DNA from: Mobula hypostoma
Lineage: Eukaryota
DNA length: 64,000 nucleotides
Assembly (NCBI RefSeq): GCF_963921235.1
Contig: NC_086109.1
Span: 9,674,001 to 9,738,000 of the forward strand
Reading direction: 5' to 3'
In this document: in pieces, positions 63,228 through 64,000 of the stretch
Numbering within the stretch: the first letter of the stretch is position 1
Layout of the letters: every line of letters starts with the position of its first letter
Program-made: the position numbers and the translations under genes
The notes under the pieces: model-generated
Told to the model about the DNA's origin: nothing
The model's input: the letters and a program-made list of their open reading frames with translations, nothing else
Databases searched by the model: none

Positions 63228-63655
63228 ATCTTGGGAGTTGAAAGCCAAGGTTTGGAATCTATTTTAAAGATATGTTGGGATTCTGAGCTCTCCAAGTATT
63301 TATTTTTCTAAGGATCGGTGAAATCTGCAGTTTGACATTTAAATTATTATAATGAAGCATGTCTTTATGTAAATTCCATACGAGGTCAACACATTCAGAA
63401 CACCACTGTTAGACTTTTCTCCAAAGTCAGGATGAGGGAGTATACCACTCCCGTCCTTACTATTCTGCATCGGCTTCCTGTATCTTTTAGATTTGATTTT
63501 AAAGTTCTCTTACTTGTTTTTAAAGCTTTTAATGGTCTGGGACCGGACTACATCACAGAAAGGCTTTTGCTTTGTAATCCCGCTCGAGCTCTCAGGTCAT
63601 CTTCCGCTGTTCTCTTAAATTTAAACAATCTTCCTCAAAAGATGATCGGCAAGTC

Positions 63656-63900
63656 AACACTCACAAAATGCTGGAGGAACTCAGCAGGCCAGACAGCATC
63701 TGTGGAAAAAGAGTACAGTTGACGTTTCGAGCCGAGACTCTTCATCAGGATTTGATGATGAAGCAGTCCTGGTGAAGGGTCTCAGCCTGAAACGTCGACT
63801 GTTTACTCTTTTCCATCGATGCTGCCTGGCCTGCTGAGTTCCTCCAGCATTTTGTGTGTGTTCCTCGGATTTCCAACATCTGCAGATTTCCTCTTGTTTG
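63656..63900. repeat. Palindromic head-to-head pair of PLE hammerhead termini inserted in an L2 fragment
   Basis: Arms ~63656-63750 and ~63767-63862 are imperfect reverse complements separated by ~16 nt. Confidence 0.8.
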
Positions 63901-64000
63901 TGACTGGCAGGTCAGCTTCTTTTTGAACTATGCTCCTACACCGTGGAATTCAATACCTAAAGCTATAAGGGATGCAGTATCGGATGACACTTTTAAACAC

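Overview
This is eukaryotic, repeat-dense vertebrate DNA. The V-SINE/HE1-like SINEs, CR1 families and Penelope remnants suggest a cartilaginous fish, possibly a ray; that assignment is an inference. The ORF track is mostly transposon debris or antisense noise. Two spliced host genes lie on the + strand. (1) The last two exons of a pepsin-family aspartic protease, most likely cathepsin E (3638-3736, 5464-5628). (2) A complete five-coding-exon RAB7B gene (26548-63227, 202 aa, ending in CC) with an atypical P-loop, GSMDVGKT. The protease-then-RAB7B order matches human CTSE-RAB7B. The rest is nested mobile DNA: CR1, Rex1/Babar, L2, I/Nimb and RTE LINE pieces, solo LTRs with target-site duplications, Gypsy and Tc1 remnants, and several SINE families. 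The most striking hidden structure is a dispersed set of roughly 20 Penelope-like element termini. Each carries a minimal type I hammerhead ribozyme motif (stem I-CUGANGA-stem II-GAAAC-GUC-stem I), and compensatory base changes are visible between copies. Some copies form inverted repeats, and two near-intact sense copies sit in one RAB7B intron. All family assignments come from motif recognition by eye; no searches were run.
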